Shown here in pieces: positions 48,765 through 58,323 of a stretch of DNA of 64,000 bases (its first letter is position 1; the number at the start of each line of letters is the position of its first letter). Made by a program: the position numbers and the translations under genes. Below the pieces are notes generated by a model. That model was not told the DNA's origin, did not search any database, and saw nothing but the letters and a program-made list of their open reading frames with translations. The stretch covers positions 160,001 through 224,000 of the forward strand of contig CAXTYC010000001.1 in assembly GCA_964248365.1 (NCBI GenBank). The letters are read 5' to 3'. The DNA comes from an uncultured Chroococcidiopsis sp. (GTDB lineage Bacteria; Cyanobacteriota; Cyanobacteriia; Cyanobacteriales; Chroococcidiopsidaceae).

Positions 48765-50081
48765 CTAATTGCTTTTGATTGCGACTACACCATAGGCTGT
48801 GGGGGAGAGATATTTTTGGGCAGCTGAACGTAAATCATCTGTATTCAAGGCTTGAATAGCACTTGGGTAGCCCAGGGCGGGTTCCAAGTTGCCCAGCATG
48901 GATTGATAGTAGCCGTATAAACTAGCGCGATCGCTTGGTGTTTCATTGCTAAAAATAAACCGATTCGCCACTTGTGTACGGATACGGGCAATCTCTGCTT
49001 CTTCGACTGGCTCATTTTGCAGCTTGTGGATGTGGTTTGCGATCGCCATTTCTACTATCTCCAAATTTTCTGCTGGGAGTTGAGCGGAAACATAAAACGT
49101 CCCCTGCAATCTTTGAGTCATATTGCTCACAGAAATATGGTCAACTAAACCCCTCTCTTCCCTGAGATCTCTAACTAACCTAGATGTCCGCCCGTGTGAC
49201 AAAATTGCTGCTAACACATCCAATGCATAAGTTTCACTTATTTGATTCAATCCAGGTACGCGCCAAACCATCACCAGCCGTGCTTGCTGAAGGCTATCAT
49301 CGACAAATTCCCTACGGACGATTTGTGTAAAAGCTGATTCGGGTGCATGAGGTTGCTCTGGGTTTAACCCTATTGTCGTGTCTAGGGGTATGTTTGATAA
49401 ACCCGCCCTTGTAGATCCCTCAAGTGCATCTGTAAAGCCATTTGCCACGATTTCGATTAATTCCTCTTCTGGCAGATTACCTACAGCCACAGCCACTGTT
49501 GACTGGGGTTGATACCAACGAGCGTGAAAATCCCGCATTTGCTGCGCCCGAAGCTGTGAAATCACCTCAACTGTTCCTAAAACTGGTCGGCGGTAAGGCA
49601 AACGCTCAAACGCCGTTTCAATTGCTCGTTGGAAAGTACGGCGACGGGGATTATCATCACTGCGACGAATTTCTTCTAAAATGACTTTTCGCTCTAGTTC
49701 AAAGGCATCATCTGGAATCAAACTATTGAGAACTATATCTATTTGCAGTGGTGCTAGCTCGTCAAAATCTTTAGGGGCAGTAGTGATGTAGTATTGCGTG
49801 TAATCCCCGCTCGTTGCAGCGTTGGTAATCGCACCCCGCGCTTCAATTTGCCGCTCAAACTCACCGATACTAAGCCGCTGACTGCCTTTGAACACCATAT
49901 GCTCTAGAAAGTGAGCCATGCCGTTGATGGCATCTGATTCTACCGCTGAGCCAACATTAAGCCACAAGCTAAGATTAACGGCTTCGACTGGCATTTGCTG
50001 TGCCACTATCGTCAAGCCATTGGACAACTGGCGCAGCGTAGGGGCTTGGAGGTGAGGGAATTTCACGAGAGTTGAAGTCAT
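48765..50081 (-). CDS. M16 family (pitrilysin-like) zinc peptidase
   Basis: GMAHFLEHMVFKGS (HxxEH), NAATS, SRLVRDLREERGL. Confidence 0.92.
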   Translation of the reverse strand: MTSTLVKFPHLQAPTLRQLSNGLTIVAQQMPVEAVNLSLWLNVGSAVESDAINGMAHFLEHMVFKGSQRLSIGEFERQIEARGAITNAATSGDYTQYYITTAPKDFDELAPLQIDIVLNSLIPDDAFELERKVILEEIRRSDDNPRRRTFQRAIETAFERLPYRRPVLGTVEVISQLRAQQMRDFHARWYQPQSTVAVAVGNLPEEELIEIVANGFTDALEGSTRAGLSNIPLDTTIGLNPEQPHAPESAFTQIVRREFVDDSLQQARLVMVWRVPGLNQISETYALDVLAAILSHGRTSRLVRDLREERGLVDHISVSNMTQRLQGTFYVSAQLPAENLEIVEMAIANHIHKLQNEPVEEAEIARIRTQVANRFIFSNETPSDRASLYGYYQSMLGNLEPALGYPSAIQALNTDDLRSAAQKYLSPTAYGVVAIKSN

Positions 50082-50265
50082 TGGCGCTAATAAATGAACC
50101 TATACTTCTTTATTTTATCGATTTGCCTTAACAGCCTTATTTGTCCTTTGTCCTTTGTTCTATACCAATGACTCTTGACTAATGACCAAGATTTATTGAT
50201 AAAAATTACTGGCTCTATAAATTATTTATAATTTTAACTTGACAGATTTCACATGAAGTTTTGAT

Positions 50266-50405
50266 TATAGCATTCCTAAATGATTTGCAAATTTCTTTCT
50301 ACTTCTTAACTTTGCGTCCTTTGTGTCTTTGCGGTATCCGGAACTGGTGACGCTACGTGTCTATGTTAAAAAAGTCTATTTCATAAATCAAATAGGAGCG
50401 CTAGA
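50266..50405. mobile_element. MITE-like element with degenerate ~26-bp terminal inverted repeats and nested small repeats
   Basis: Left TATAGCATTCCTAAATGATTTGCAAA versus reverse complement of right TCTAGCGCTCCTATTTGATTTATGAA (18/26); interior CTTTGCGTCCTTTGTGTCTTTGCGG repeat. Confidence 0.55.
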
Positions 50406-50898
50406 GCTATTTTTTTATTATACTCAAATGCCAAAATAAATCCGAATAAATACGGTTGTCTTGGCATATTTTTGCAGCTAAGTCTCGCAGTAAATAGTTT
50501 TTAATTAAATAGAAACATGATAAATATGCGATCGCACATCGCATCAAGTTATATAAATTAATTGCTCAATAGGTGAAATACAAAAAATACTAATGACATA
50601 ATGCCTCCGTTGTAGCTGGCTAAATTTGAGGTTATGGTTATGATAGTAAATGCTGCCATCAATTGCGCTAGGTAATGGCAATGCACTAAGAAAGAAAGTT
50701 ATAAAAGCGAAATTACCCATCTCTTTCCTAAGCAGCATTCTTCTATATCTCGTATCTTAAAATACAAATAATTATTTCTTCAGCAAGTGAGAAGTCAGTT
50801 GTCAGAAGGTGAGGAGTCAGGAGTCAGGAGTTGTGAATATTTAATTCTTCATCTCCCCCTTCTCCCCCTCTCCCCCTCTCCCCCTAGCCCCTGTATAG

Positions 50899-52827
50899 AT
50901 GGAAGCATCTTTTGAAATTACGTTGCAGATAGTGATTGCTGTCGTCGCAGGCATCAGCGCTCAAGTAATTGCTGAATACCTGAAAATTCCCAGCATCGTC
51001 TTTCTGCTACTGTTTGGCATTGTGCTTGGTTCTGATGGCATTGGTGTATTGCATCCCCAAGTGCTAGGTGCTGGACTAGAAGTGATTGTAGCTCTCTCGA
51101 CGGCAGTGATTTTGTTTGAGGGGGGACTGAATCTGGAACTGCGTGAATTAGGTCGGGTTTCAGGCAGTTTACGCAACCTCGTTACTTTGGGAACGTTGAT
51201 CACGCTTTTGGGTGGAAGTATGGCAGCTCACTGGCTGGGGGAATTTCCCTGGGCGATCGCTTTCTTGTATGGTTCCCTAGTTGTGGTAACAGGACCAACT
51301 GTAATCGCTCCCTTACTCAAACTAATCAAAGTAGACCGACAAGTCGCCACTCTATTAGAGGGAGAAGCAGTTTTAATCGACCCAGTGGGCGCTATTCTGG
51401 CTGTAGTGGTACTAGACACAATTTTGAATGGGGGGAGCGATCCCCTAGCCGCAATCAGCGGTATGATCTTACGCCTGGGGATCGGCGGTAGCATCGGCGT
51501 AGCAGGTGGATGGTGTCTAGCGGGGATGTTTAAACGCGCTCACTTTATTTCCGATGAGTTGAAAAATTTAGTAGTACTAGCGGGATTGTGGGGGTTATTT
51601 ACTCTAGCTCAATTCAGCCAAAACGAGTCGGGACTAATGGCTACTGTAATTGCAGGAATGGTTCTAGGTTCCTCCTCGCTGCCAGAAGAGCGGCTATTAA
51701 GGCGATTTAAAGGTCAGCTAACAATTTTAGGTGTATCGGTACTGTTTATTTTACTGGCAGCAGATCTATCAATTGCCAGTATCTTTGCTTTGGGTTGGGG
51801 TAGTTTATTCACTGTATTGGTATTGATGTTTGTGGTACGACCGATTAGCGTTGGCGTATGTACCATAAACAGCGGGTTAAACTGGCGACAGAAACTATTC
51901 TTGTCTTGGATAGCACCCAGGGGAATTGTTTCAGCGTCTGTGGCTTCTTTGTTTTCAATCTTCTTGACACAGCGAGGAATCAACGGCGGTGATTCGATTA
52001 AGGCGCTGGTTTTCCTGACAATTATTATGACTGTAGTTTGTCAAGGACTAACAGCAGGTTGGGTTGCTAATTGGCTGCAAATCAAATCAACAGAGGCAAC
52101 GGGAGCTTTAATTGTTGGTTGTAATCCCCTTAGCCTATTGATTGCCCGTTTGTTTCAAGAGCGGGGAGAAGCTGTAGTAATGATTGATACTGATCCAGAA
52201 GCGTGCCAAAAAGCCCAAGCACAAAACTTGCAAGTTTTCTTAAGCAGTGCCTTGGATACAGCAGTATTAGAAGAAGCTGGATTGGCGAAGATGGGAACTT
52301 TCTTGGCGATGACTAGTAATGGGGAAGTTAATTTTGTGTTGGCTCAACGGGCTGTGGAAGAATTTAAGCCACCCAGAGTTTTAGCAGTATTCCCCCGAAT
52401 GCCGCAAGCTAGTACACCAGCAAATAAAAATAAGATTCATCAAGCTTTCGTGCCAGACTTGGCGCTTAAGACTTGGAGTGATTACATTAGTGATGGACGA
52501 GTGAAGTTAGGTATAACAACGCTAGATGAAAAGGGGTTTGCTTTTCAACAAGCTCATTTGCAGGCATTAATTTTGGCTGGGGAATTAGTGCCGTTATTAT
52601 TGGAGCGAGAAGAGCGGTTGCAAGTTCTGCCAGCTAATGAACAACTGCAAAGTGGCGATCGCTTAATTTATCTTTTGCATGACCCCAGACCTATACTATT
52701 AAAGCGTTTATCTGGGGGCAGTCAATCGATTCGTCTCACCATCGAAAAGCTACCGGAAGTAGAAGAAGCACCAATTCCAAATGCTGTGGAAACGCTTTCT
52801 GGCACCGGATCTCCGGTTGAATCTTAA
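50899..52827 (+). CDS. CPA1/NhaP-type cation:proton antiporter with C-terminal TrkA-N (RCK)-like domain
   Basis: About 12 TM segments, ILFEGGL, VTGPTVI, EGEAVLIDPVG, APRGIVSAS; IVGCNPL..IDTD. Confidence 0.9.
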   Translation: MEASFEITLQIVIAVVAGISAQVIAEYLKIPSIVFLLLFGIVLGSDGIGVLHPQVLGAGLEVIVALSTAVILFEGGLNLELRELGRVSGSLRNLVTLGTLITLLGGSMAAHWLGEFPWAIAFLYGSLVVVTGPTVIAPLLKLIKVDRQVATLLEGEAVLIDPVGAILAVVVLDTILNGGSDPLAAISGMILRLGIGGSIGVAGGWCLAGMFKRAHFISDELKNLVVLAGLWGLFTLAQFSQNESGLMATVIAGMVLGSSSLPEERLLRRFKGQLTILGVSVLFILLAADLSIASIFALGWGSLFTVLVLMFVVRPISVGVCTINSGLNWRQKLFLSWIAPRGIVSASVASLFSIFLTQRGINGGDSIKALVFLTIIMTVVCQGLTAGWVANWLQIKSTEATGALIVGCNPLSLLIARLFQERGEAVVMIDTDPEACQKAQAQNLQVFLSSALDTAVLEEAGLAKMGTFLAMTSNGEVNFVLAQRAVEEFKPPRVLAVFPRMPQASTPANKNKIHQAFVPDLALKTWSDYISDGRVKLGITTLDEKGFAFQQAHLQALILAGELVPLLLEREERLQVLPANEQLQSGDRLIYLLHDPRPILLKRLSGGSQSIRLTIEKLPEVEEAPIPNAVETLSGTGSPVES

Positions 52828-53480
52828 GGCGTTTGAATTAACTCTTGGTCTTTTTTGCCTTGCAGTTGGGAATTCGATGCTGTTGCTACAACTGGCAAGT
52901 TAGTTTGTTTCTCTTGCCACAATAAACCCACTAGATGAATTACGGCAAGCAAAATCGCACTAACAGAGATGATATAACTGTGTATCGTATAGAGGTGTTC
53001 AACTGTTGTAGTGTTAATTGCTCCACCGCCAGTAATGATATCACGCAGCGTTGAACCAATTACAGGTATTGCTTCAATCGTGCTAAGCTCAATCCGAAAG
53101 CGCCAGTAACCTATTTGGCTCCAGTCTAAAATCATTGCCGTCCAGCCCAGAGCGATCGCATTTAAAATTAACAGAATATTGGCGATCCAGCCAGTCAGCC
53201 AACTGGTGCGATATTGCCTACCCAGAAACATCACCACCATTTGGATCAGCGCTACGCCAATTAGTAAATTCCCAGCCATATTGTGCAGACTGTGAATGAG
53301 TAAGCCATTAGGAACTTCAGAATCAATCCATTTCAAAGCTTGATAAGCCCCGCCTGCCACTGGCTCATAATAAAAAGACAGCAAAATGCCTGTAATAGCA
53401 GCGATCGCACTCAAAGTGATAATAGCAATTGATAAAACTGTTGCCATTCGCCGCAACATGAATTCATAGGACTTTTGCAT
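52824..53480 (-). CDS. Cytochrome b/b6 N-terminal domain protein (PetB-like paralogue)
   Basis: TGILLSFYYEP, GLLIHSLH, WLTG, LDWSQIGYW, IPVIGS, LYTIH...IH. Confidence 0.8.
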   Translation of the reverse strand: MQKSYEFMLRRMATVLSIAIITLSAIAAITGILLSFYYEPVAGGAYQALKWIDSEVPNGLLIHSLHNMAGNLLIGVALIQMVVMFLGRQYRTSWLTGWIANILLILNAIALGWTAMILDWSQIGYWRFRIELSTIEAIPVIGSTLRDIITGGGAINTTTVEHLYTIHSYIISVSAILLAVIHLVGLLWQEKQTNLPVVATASNSQLQGKKDQELIQTP

Positions 53481-53700
53481 ACCACACTCTTGCCAACGCT
53501 TTCATATTCTTTACTTTTCTTAATATGATAGCGAAGCAATTAATACAAGAGTTCTTTCCGTAGACGTAAATCGAGGGGCTTTGGCGCGGGGGCGCTATAG
53601 CTAGAGGAATCAGAAAAAGGGAAAGGGGAAAAGGTAAAGGGTAAAGGGTAATTCGTAATTCGTAATTAATAATGCCCCTGGAGCCCCTAGTCCCTAGCCC

Positions 53701-54399
53701 CTAGCCCCTCATTAAATAAGACACCCAAGATGGTATAATCTGGGGGGAACCGTACCAAAGTCCTGGTGCTTTTGGCGAGTGTTTTACACCTTCTACAACT
53801 AAATTTTCTGCACCTGCTAGATGTGCCGCAGTAATGGGAGTAATACCATCACCCCAACAGTTACCCTGTCCGCAGGTTAACTGATAGCTGCTGTAAGCTA
53901 GCCAGCTACCGCGCCGCCGTTCGCCAAAAATACTTTTACCAGCCACACAAACATAGCGCACATCGGGGTAGAAAGCTCCAGGGTAGTTGTTATTAACAAA
54001 ATCAAGATTCCAGCGTGTCCAGCGTTCTTGGCTAATGTGGGGAGTTCCCAATGTGACGAGAGTGCTAACTAACTCGTGAGCTGACCAAAGGGATGGTTTT
54101 ATTTCACCACGTCCTAGGTACGGCTTTTCTCCCAGGTAAATACGAGAGATCCAACCTCCAGCAGAATGACCAATTAAGTTAATTTGAGAAGCATTATATT
54201 GCTGTAATATCTGCTTTACTGTACGGTCGAGTTGCTGCAAAATTGGCGTTACCGATCTTCCTCCCAAAGTAGGGAACCAATCTCGACGGCGCAGCGGTAC
54301 TACTGTTGTAGGAAAACCCATCTGTTGTAAAGATTGTTCTAGCTGACGGTAGGCGATCGCACTTTCTAGATATCCAGGCAGAATTACAGTAGGTAGCAT
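53701..54399 (-). CDS. Lipase/esterase-family alpha/beta hydrolase
   Basis: LIGHSAGGW (GxSxG), VTLGTPH, GDGITP. Confidence 0.85.
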   Translation of the reverse strand: MLPTVILPGYLESAIAYRQLEQSLQQMGFPTTVVPLRRRDWFPTLGGRSVTPILQQLDRTVKQILQQYNASQINLIGHSAGGWISRIYLGEKPYLGRGEIKPSLWSAHELVSTLVTLGTPHISQERWTRWNLDFVNNNYPGAFYPDVRYVCVAGKSIFGERRRGSWLAYSSYQLTCGQGNCWGDGITPITAAHLAGAENLVVEGVKHSPKAPGLWYGSPQIIPSWVSYLMRG

Positions 54400-54654
54400 T
54401 GAGGGGCTAGGGGCTAGAGGCTGGGGGCTAGAGGATAAAAAATAAATAGGTAGTAAACAAGTATTTTAATACTACTTAACATTACGCAAGGGTAGGTAAG
54501 GAATAAAGTAGCCAGTGTATTGGTAGTTGCCCAACGATTGCGATTGACATACTAGTAAAGTGAGATATGAAACAGTGGAAATAACTAATTCCTTATTGTT
54601 TGTTCTTCCCACTCTTTCCCTAACCCCTAGCCCCTAGCCCCTAGCCCCTGACTT

Positions 54655-55368
54655 GTGGAAATCGGCACTTTATACGGTATCAGTGTGGGTCCTGGTGATC
54701 CAGAATTAATTACGCTTAAGGGACTGCGATCGCTTCAACAAGTGGCCATCGTTGCCTTTCCTGCTGGAGTTGAAGGTAAACTAGGCATGGCACAGCAGAT
54801 TATCTCCCCTTGGCTGAGTCAACAGCAGCAGCTGCTGGCTCTAAAATTTCCCTATGTGCAGGATATGACAGTACTAACTCAAGCTTGGACTGATGCAGCC
54901 GAGCAAGTTTGGAAATATTTACAACAAGGCTTGGATGTAGCTTTTGCCTGTGAGGGGGATATAAGTTTCTATAGCACCTTCACTTATTTAGCACAGACAT
55001 TACAAGAATTACACCCTGAAGCAGTTATAAAATTAGTGCCTGGAGTTTGTTCACCAATGGCAGCTGCATCGATCCTGGGATTACCTTTGACTATTCGCCA
55101 TCAGCGCTTGGTAGTACTGCCAGCACTTTATCACATCGGGGAATTGGAAGCTGTATTAGACTGGGCGGATGTGGTGGTACTAATGAAGGTGAGTTCAGTG
55201 TATGAACAAGTATGGAAAGTATTGGAGCGAAGGGCAATACTTAGCCATAGCTGGGTAGTAGAACGGGCAACATTACCGGATATGGTAATTCATGCAGATT
55301 TAAGCGATCGCCCCTTGCTCAAATTACCCTACTTCTCGCTCCTAATTGTCCAAGTTACAAGGAGCTAG
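54655..55368 (+). CDS. cobI: Precorrin-2 C20-methyltransferase
   Basis: GISVGPGDPELITLKG, CEGDISFYSTF, VPGVCS, VLMKV, LPYFS. Confidence 0.88.
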   Translation: MEIGTLYGISVGPGDPELITLKGLRSLQQVAIVAFPAGVEGKLGMAQQIISPWLSQQQQLLALKFPYVQDMTVLTQAWTDAAEQVWKYLQQGLDVAFACEGDISFYSTFTYLAQTLQELHPEAVIKLVPGVCSPMAAASILGLPLTIRHQRLVVLPALYHIGELEAVLDWADVVVLMKVSSVYEQVWKVLERRAILSHSWVVERATLPDMVIHADLSDRPLLKLPYFSLLIVQVTRS

Positions 55369-55512
55369 TATCAATTTTAGTACATAGTAGCGATTAACAA
55401 TTAGCGGTCTTTGATGAGTAATTAGCCATCATTGGTTAATATTTATGGATACTAACAACAAATTAATAGATAAAAAGCTAAAAGCGCGCCAGCTAAAAGC
55501 TAACAGCTAAAT

Positions 55513-57009
55513 ATGTCCTACTCGTCTCTAATTCAATCTTTGCCAGAAGTTTGGCGTTCTTCCAGTGGATTAGCTGCCCTAGCTTCTTTGGGAATTCACG
55601 GGTTACTCCTAGCCTTCTTACCATTTGTGTCATTAGATTCTCCAGATGAGCAGTTGCCGCAAAATGTCCCAGTTGTAGCATTAACGCCAGAAGAACAAAG
55701 TCGCCTGCCCCAAGTAGTACCGCAAGGAGTACCCACTCAAACTACAATTCCATCTACTGCTATAGGACAGAGTAATTTACCACCCTTACCACCATCAAAT
55801 CCGGCTGTTGGATCAGATATCTTACCGCCTCTACCACCAACACCCACTTTCTTGCCACCACCGCCCCCAGTAAACACACCAACTTACCAGTATCCCATCA
55901 GCAATTCTCCGCCTCCATCCCAAATTCCAACTGTTCCAATCCCCTTACCTCCACCTGCTGAGAATCGTTCATTTGTTTCTCAGTATCCGCCTGATCAATT
56001 GCCCCCGCCAGAACCAAATCAAACTATTAGAAACCAGCCGTTACCACCTTTACCACCCTCCGCAGTTCCTCCTAGTCCAACTTTACCTTCTACTACCCAA
56101 CTCAAAAGAAGTGAATTTTCTCCTCCCACAGCTAACCAACCATCGATCCCACAGCCCAACACCGATCAAAGCCAAAATCAAGTTGCTATAAATAATCGCA
56201 CCAATGGGCAAAGACAGCTCTTAACTCCGCCCTCGCTTCCTGAACGGACAAAACAAGAGCTAATAGCACGCCGGAATGTAGTTAGTAGAGAAAGATCTGC
56301 TAACAGCATTGTTACCCCTAATAGCGATCGCCAACGCCTAGCAGCCCTCTTGCAACGCCGACGGCAACAAAAGAGCGATCCCACTAACGCCCCCACTAGT
56401 AACAGCCAACGTCTAGCAGCCCTCTTGCAACGCCAACGGCATCCACAGCAACCACAAAGCGATCGCACTTCTGCCAATAGCGACAGCCAACGTCTAGCAG
56501 CCCTCTTGCAACGTCGCCAGCAACAACAGCAACCACAAAGCGATCGCACTTCTACCAATAGCGACAGCCAACGTCTAGCAGCCCTCCTGCAACGCCGCCA
56601 GCAACAACCAAACCCTGCTTCTACTCCTAGCCCATTATCTAGGTCAACGACACAAACTATTGCCCAAATAGACGCTTTTAAGGAGCAGCAACACAGAGCC
56701 TTGCAAGCTTCTCCCACAGCTACAATAGGACGACCAATCCGCTACAAAATTAAAACGTGTAACAAGCAACTTGATGGTGGTGTTGCTGTATTGGCAGCAC
56801 TAGTAAACTCAGACGGTAAGATTATCTCTGGACCTGAATTGCTGTCAAAAAATAGCTCGCCTGATATCGGGCGGGCTGCTAAAACATTTGTTAAAGAATA
56901 TTCATTTCCCAAAACTGCTAACCCTGTGAATCAATCATTTCGCTTGGACTTCAGTTACGACTCTAAAAGTTGTCGAGCAAACACTAAACAGCCTCGATCT
57001 AATTCGTAA
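55513..57009 (+). CDS. TonB-like membrane-anchored Pro/Gln-rich protein with internal repeats
   Basis: ALASLGIHG (SxxxH) TM motif, long Pro-rich linker, C-terminal VNSDGKI...AAK..V TonB-C-like domain. Confidence 0.6.
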   Translation: MSYSSLIQSLPEVWRSSSGLAALASLGIHGLLLAFLPFVSLDSPDEQLPQNVPVVALTPEEQSRLPQVVPQGVPTQTTIPSTAIGQSNLPPLPPSNPAVGSDILPPLPPTPTFLPPPPPVNTPTYQYPISNSPPPSQIPTVPIPLPPPAENRSFVSQYPPDQLPPPEPNQTIRNQPLPPLPPSAVPPSPTLPSTTQLKRSEFSPPTANQPSIPQPNTDQSQNQVAINNRTNGQRQLLTPPSLPERTKQELIARRNVVSRERSANSIVTPNSDRQRLAALLQRRRQQKSDPTNAPTSNSQRLAALLQRQRHPQQPQSDRTSANSDSQRLAALLQRRQQQQQPQSDRTSTNSDSQRLAALLQRRQQQPNPASTPSPLSRSTTQTIAQIDAFKEQQHRALQASPTATIGRPIRYKIKTCNKQLDGGVAVLAALVNSDGKIISGPELLSKNSSPDIGRAAKTFVKEYSFPKTANPVNQSFRLDFSYDSKSCRANTKQPRSNS

Positions 57010-57245
57010 TTAGCTGTTAGCTATTAGCTATTAGCTGTTAGCTAATTTGGTAATTGGTAATTGGTAGTTGGTAGTTGATGAAAGGGAAAAGGTAAAAGGT
57101 GAAAGGTAAAGGTGAAAGGGTAAAGGGTAAAGGGTAAGGGTAATTTCTCCCCATCTCCCCCTCTCCCACTCTCCCCATCTCCCCCTCTCCCGCTCTCCCA
57201 CTCTCCCACTCTCCCTAGCCCCTAGCCCCTAGCCCCTAGCCCCTT
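57010..57245. repeat. Intergenic STRR mosaic
   Basis: Consecutive blocks of (TTAGCTG/TTAGCTA), (ATTGGTA), (AAAGGGT), (CTCTCCC) and (CTAGCCC); similar mosaics at 28245-28426, 38488-38620 and 40778-40985. Confidence 0.9.
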
Positions 57246-57249
57246 CGGT

Positions 57250-58275
57250 ATGACAGAACATTCTGATTTCGCGTTTGTGCTGCATTCGTGTGCTGATAGA
57301 TTATTTGAGCTAATTGATCGTTTTAGTCAAGCACGGGTGTTGGTAGTAGGGGATTTGACGCTAGACGAGTTTATCACTGGTCAGGTGGAACGGATTTCTA
57401 GGGAAGCACCAGTATTAATTTTGCGCCATGAAACTACCACTCGATCGCCTGGGGGCGGTGCGAATGCCGTCTCTAATCTGGCTTCGCTGGGGGCGATCGT
57501 CAAAGCAGTGGGACTATTAGGTAAAGATGAACAAGGGCGATCGCTGCGACAAATTTTAGACGACTCTGGTATTAATACTGGAGGTGTTTTGATCGATCCA
57601 GACCGTCCAACAGTTACTAAAACCAGGATTTCGGGACACTCTCGTCAATCTGTCACTCAGCAAATTGTCCGTTTAGATCGCAAATCTGATTCTTTGCCAG
57701 ATTTAAATTTACAAAGCCAACTGGCAGAATATATCCGATCGCAAGTGAATTCGGTTGATGCAGTTGTCTGCTCTGATTATGGCGATGGCGTTCTAACTGC
57801 GCCCCTGATCGAAGCTGCTTTGTCCCATCCTAGGACTATTGTGGATACTCAGAAGCAACTGGGGCGCTATCTGGGCGCTACCTTGTTTACTCCAAATCTG
57901 CCAGAAGCAGAAAAAGCGGTAGGCTATGCAATTACTAATCCTCAAACGCTGACTAGAGCAGGTAAAGATTTGCTAAAACTAACCCAGGCAAAGCAAATAC
58001 TGATCACAAGGGGTGAACAGGGGATGAGTTTATTTGATCCTACTGGCAATGAACAACACATCCCAGCGTTTAACCGAACAAAGGTGTTTGACGTGACAGG
58101 GGCGGGAGATACAGTAGTAGCAGCGCTGACACTGGGGTTAATAGCTGGCGCTTCGTTTTGGGAAGCAGCCATTTTGGGAAATTTGGCTGCAAGTATTGTA
58201 GTAAGGCAGTTTGGTACGACTACGACGAGTACATCCCAGATGAAGGCAGCTTTACAGGGGTTGTTGGAAGGATAA
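57250..58275 (+). CDS. rfaE1: D-glycero-beta-D-manno-heptose-7-phosphate kinase (RfaE domain I/HldA, PfkB family)
   Basis: VVGDLTLDEF...RISREAPV, PGGGAN, SDYGDG, TPNLPEA, VFDVTGAGDTV. Confidence 0.88.
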   Translation: MTEHSDFAFVLHSCADRLFELIDRFSQARVLVVGDLTLDEFITGQVERISREAPVLILRHETTTRSPGGGANAVSNLASLGAIVKAVGLLGKDEQGRSLRQILDDSGINTGGVLIDPDRPTVTKTRISGHSRQSVTQQIVRLDRKSDSLPDLNLQSQLAEYIRSQVNSVDAVVCSDYGDGVLTAPLIEAALSHPRTIVDTQKQLGRYLGATLFTPNLPEAEKAVGYAITNPQTLTRAGKDLLKLTQAKQILITRGEQGMSLFDPTGNEQHIPAFNRTKVFDVTGAGDTVVAALTLGLIAGASFWEAAILGNLAASIVVRQFGTTTTSTSQMKAALQGLLEG

Positions 58276-58323
58276 GATAAACGAACCGCACTCGACGCGC
58301 TCGTACGCAAGGGAGGAGAGGAG

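Noticed and set aside
56178..56717. 179-aa Cys/Arg-rich minus-strand ORF resembling a RiPP or metallothionein precursor
   Set aside because: It is the antisense shadow of the Gln-rich repeats in the TonB-like gene
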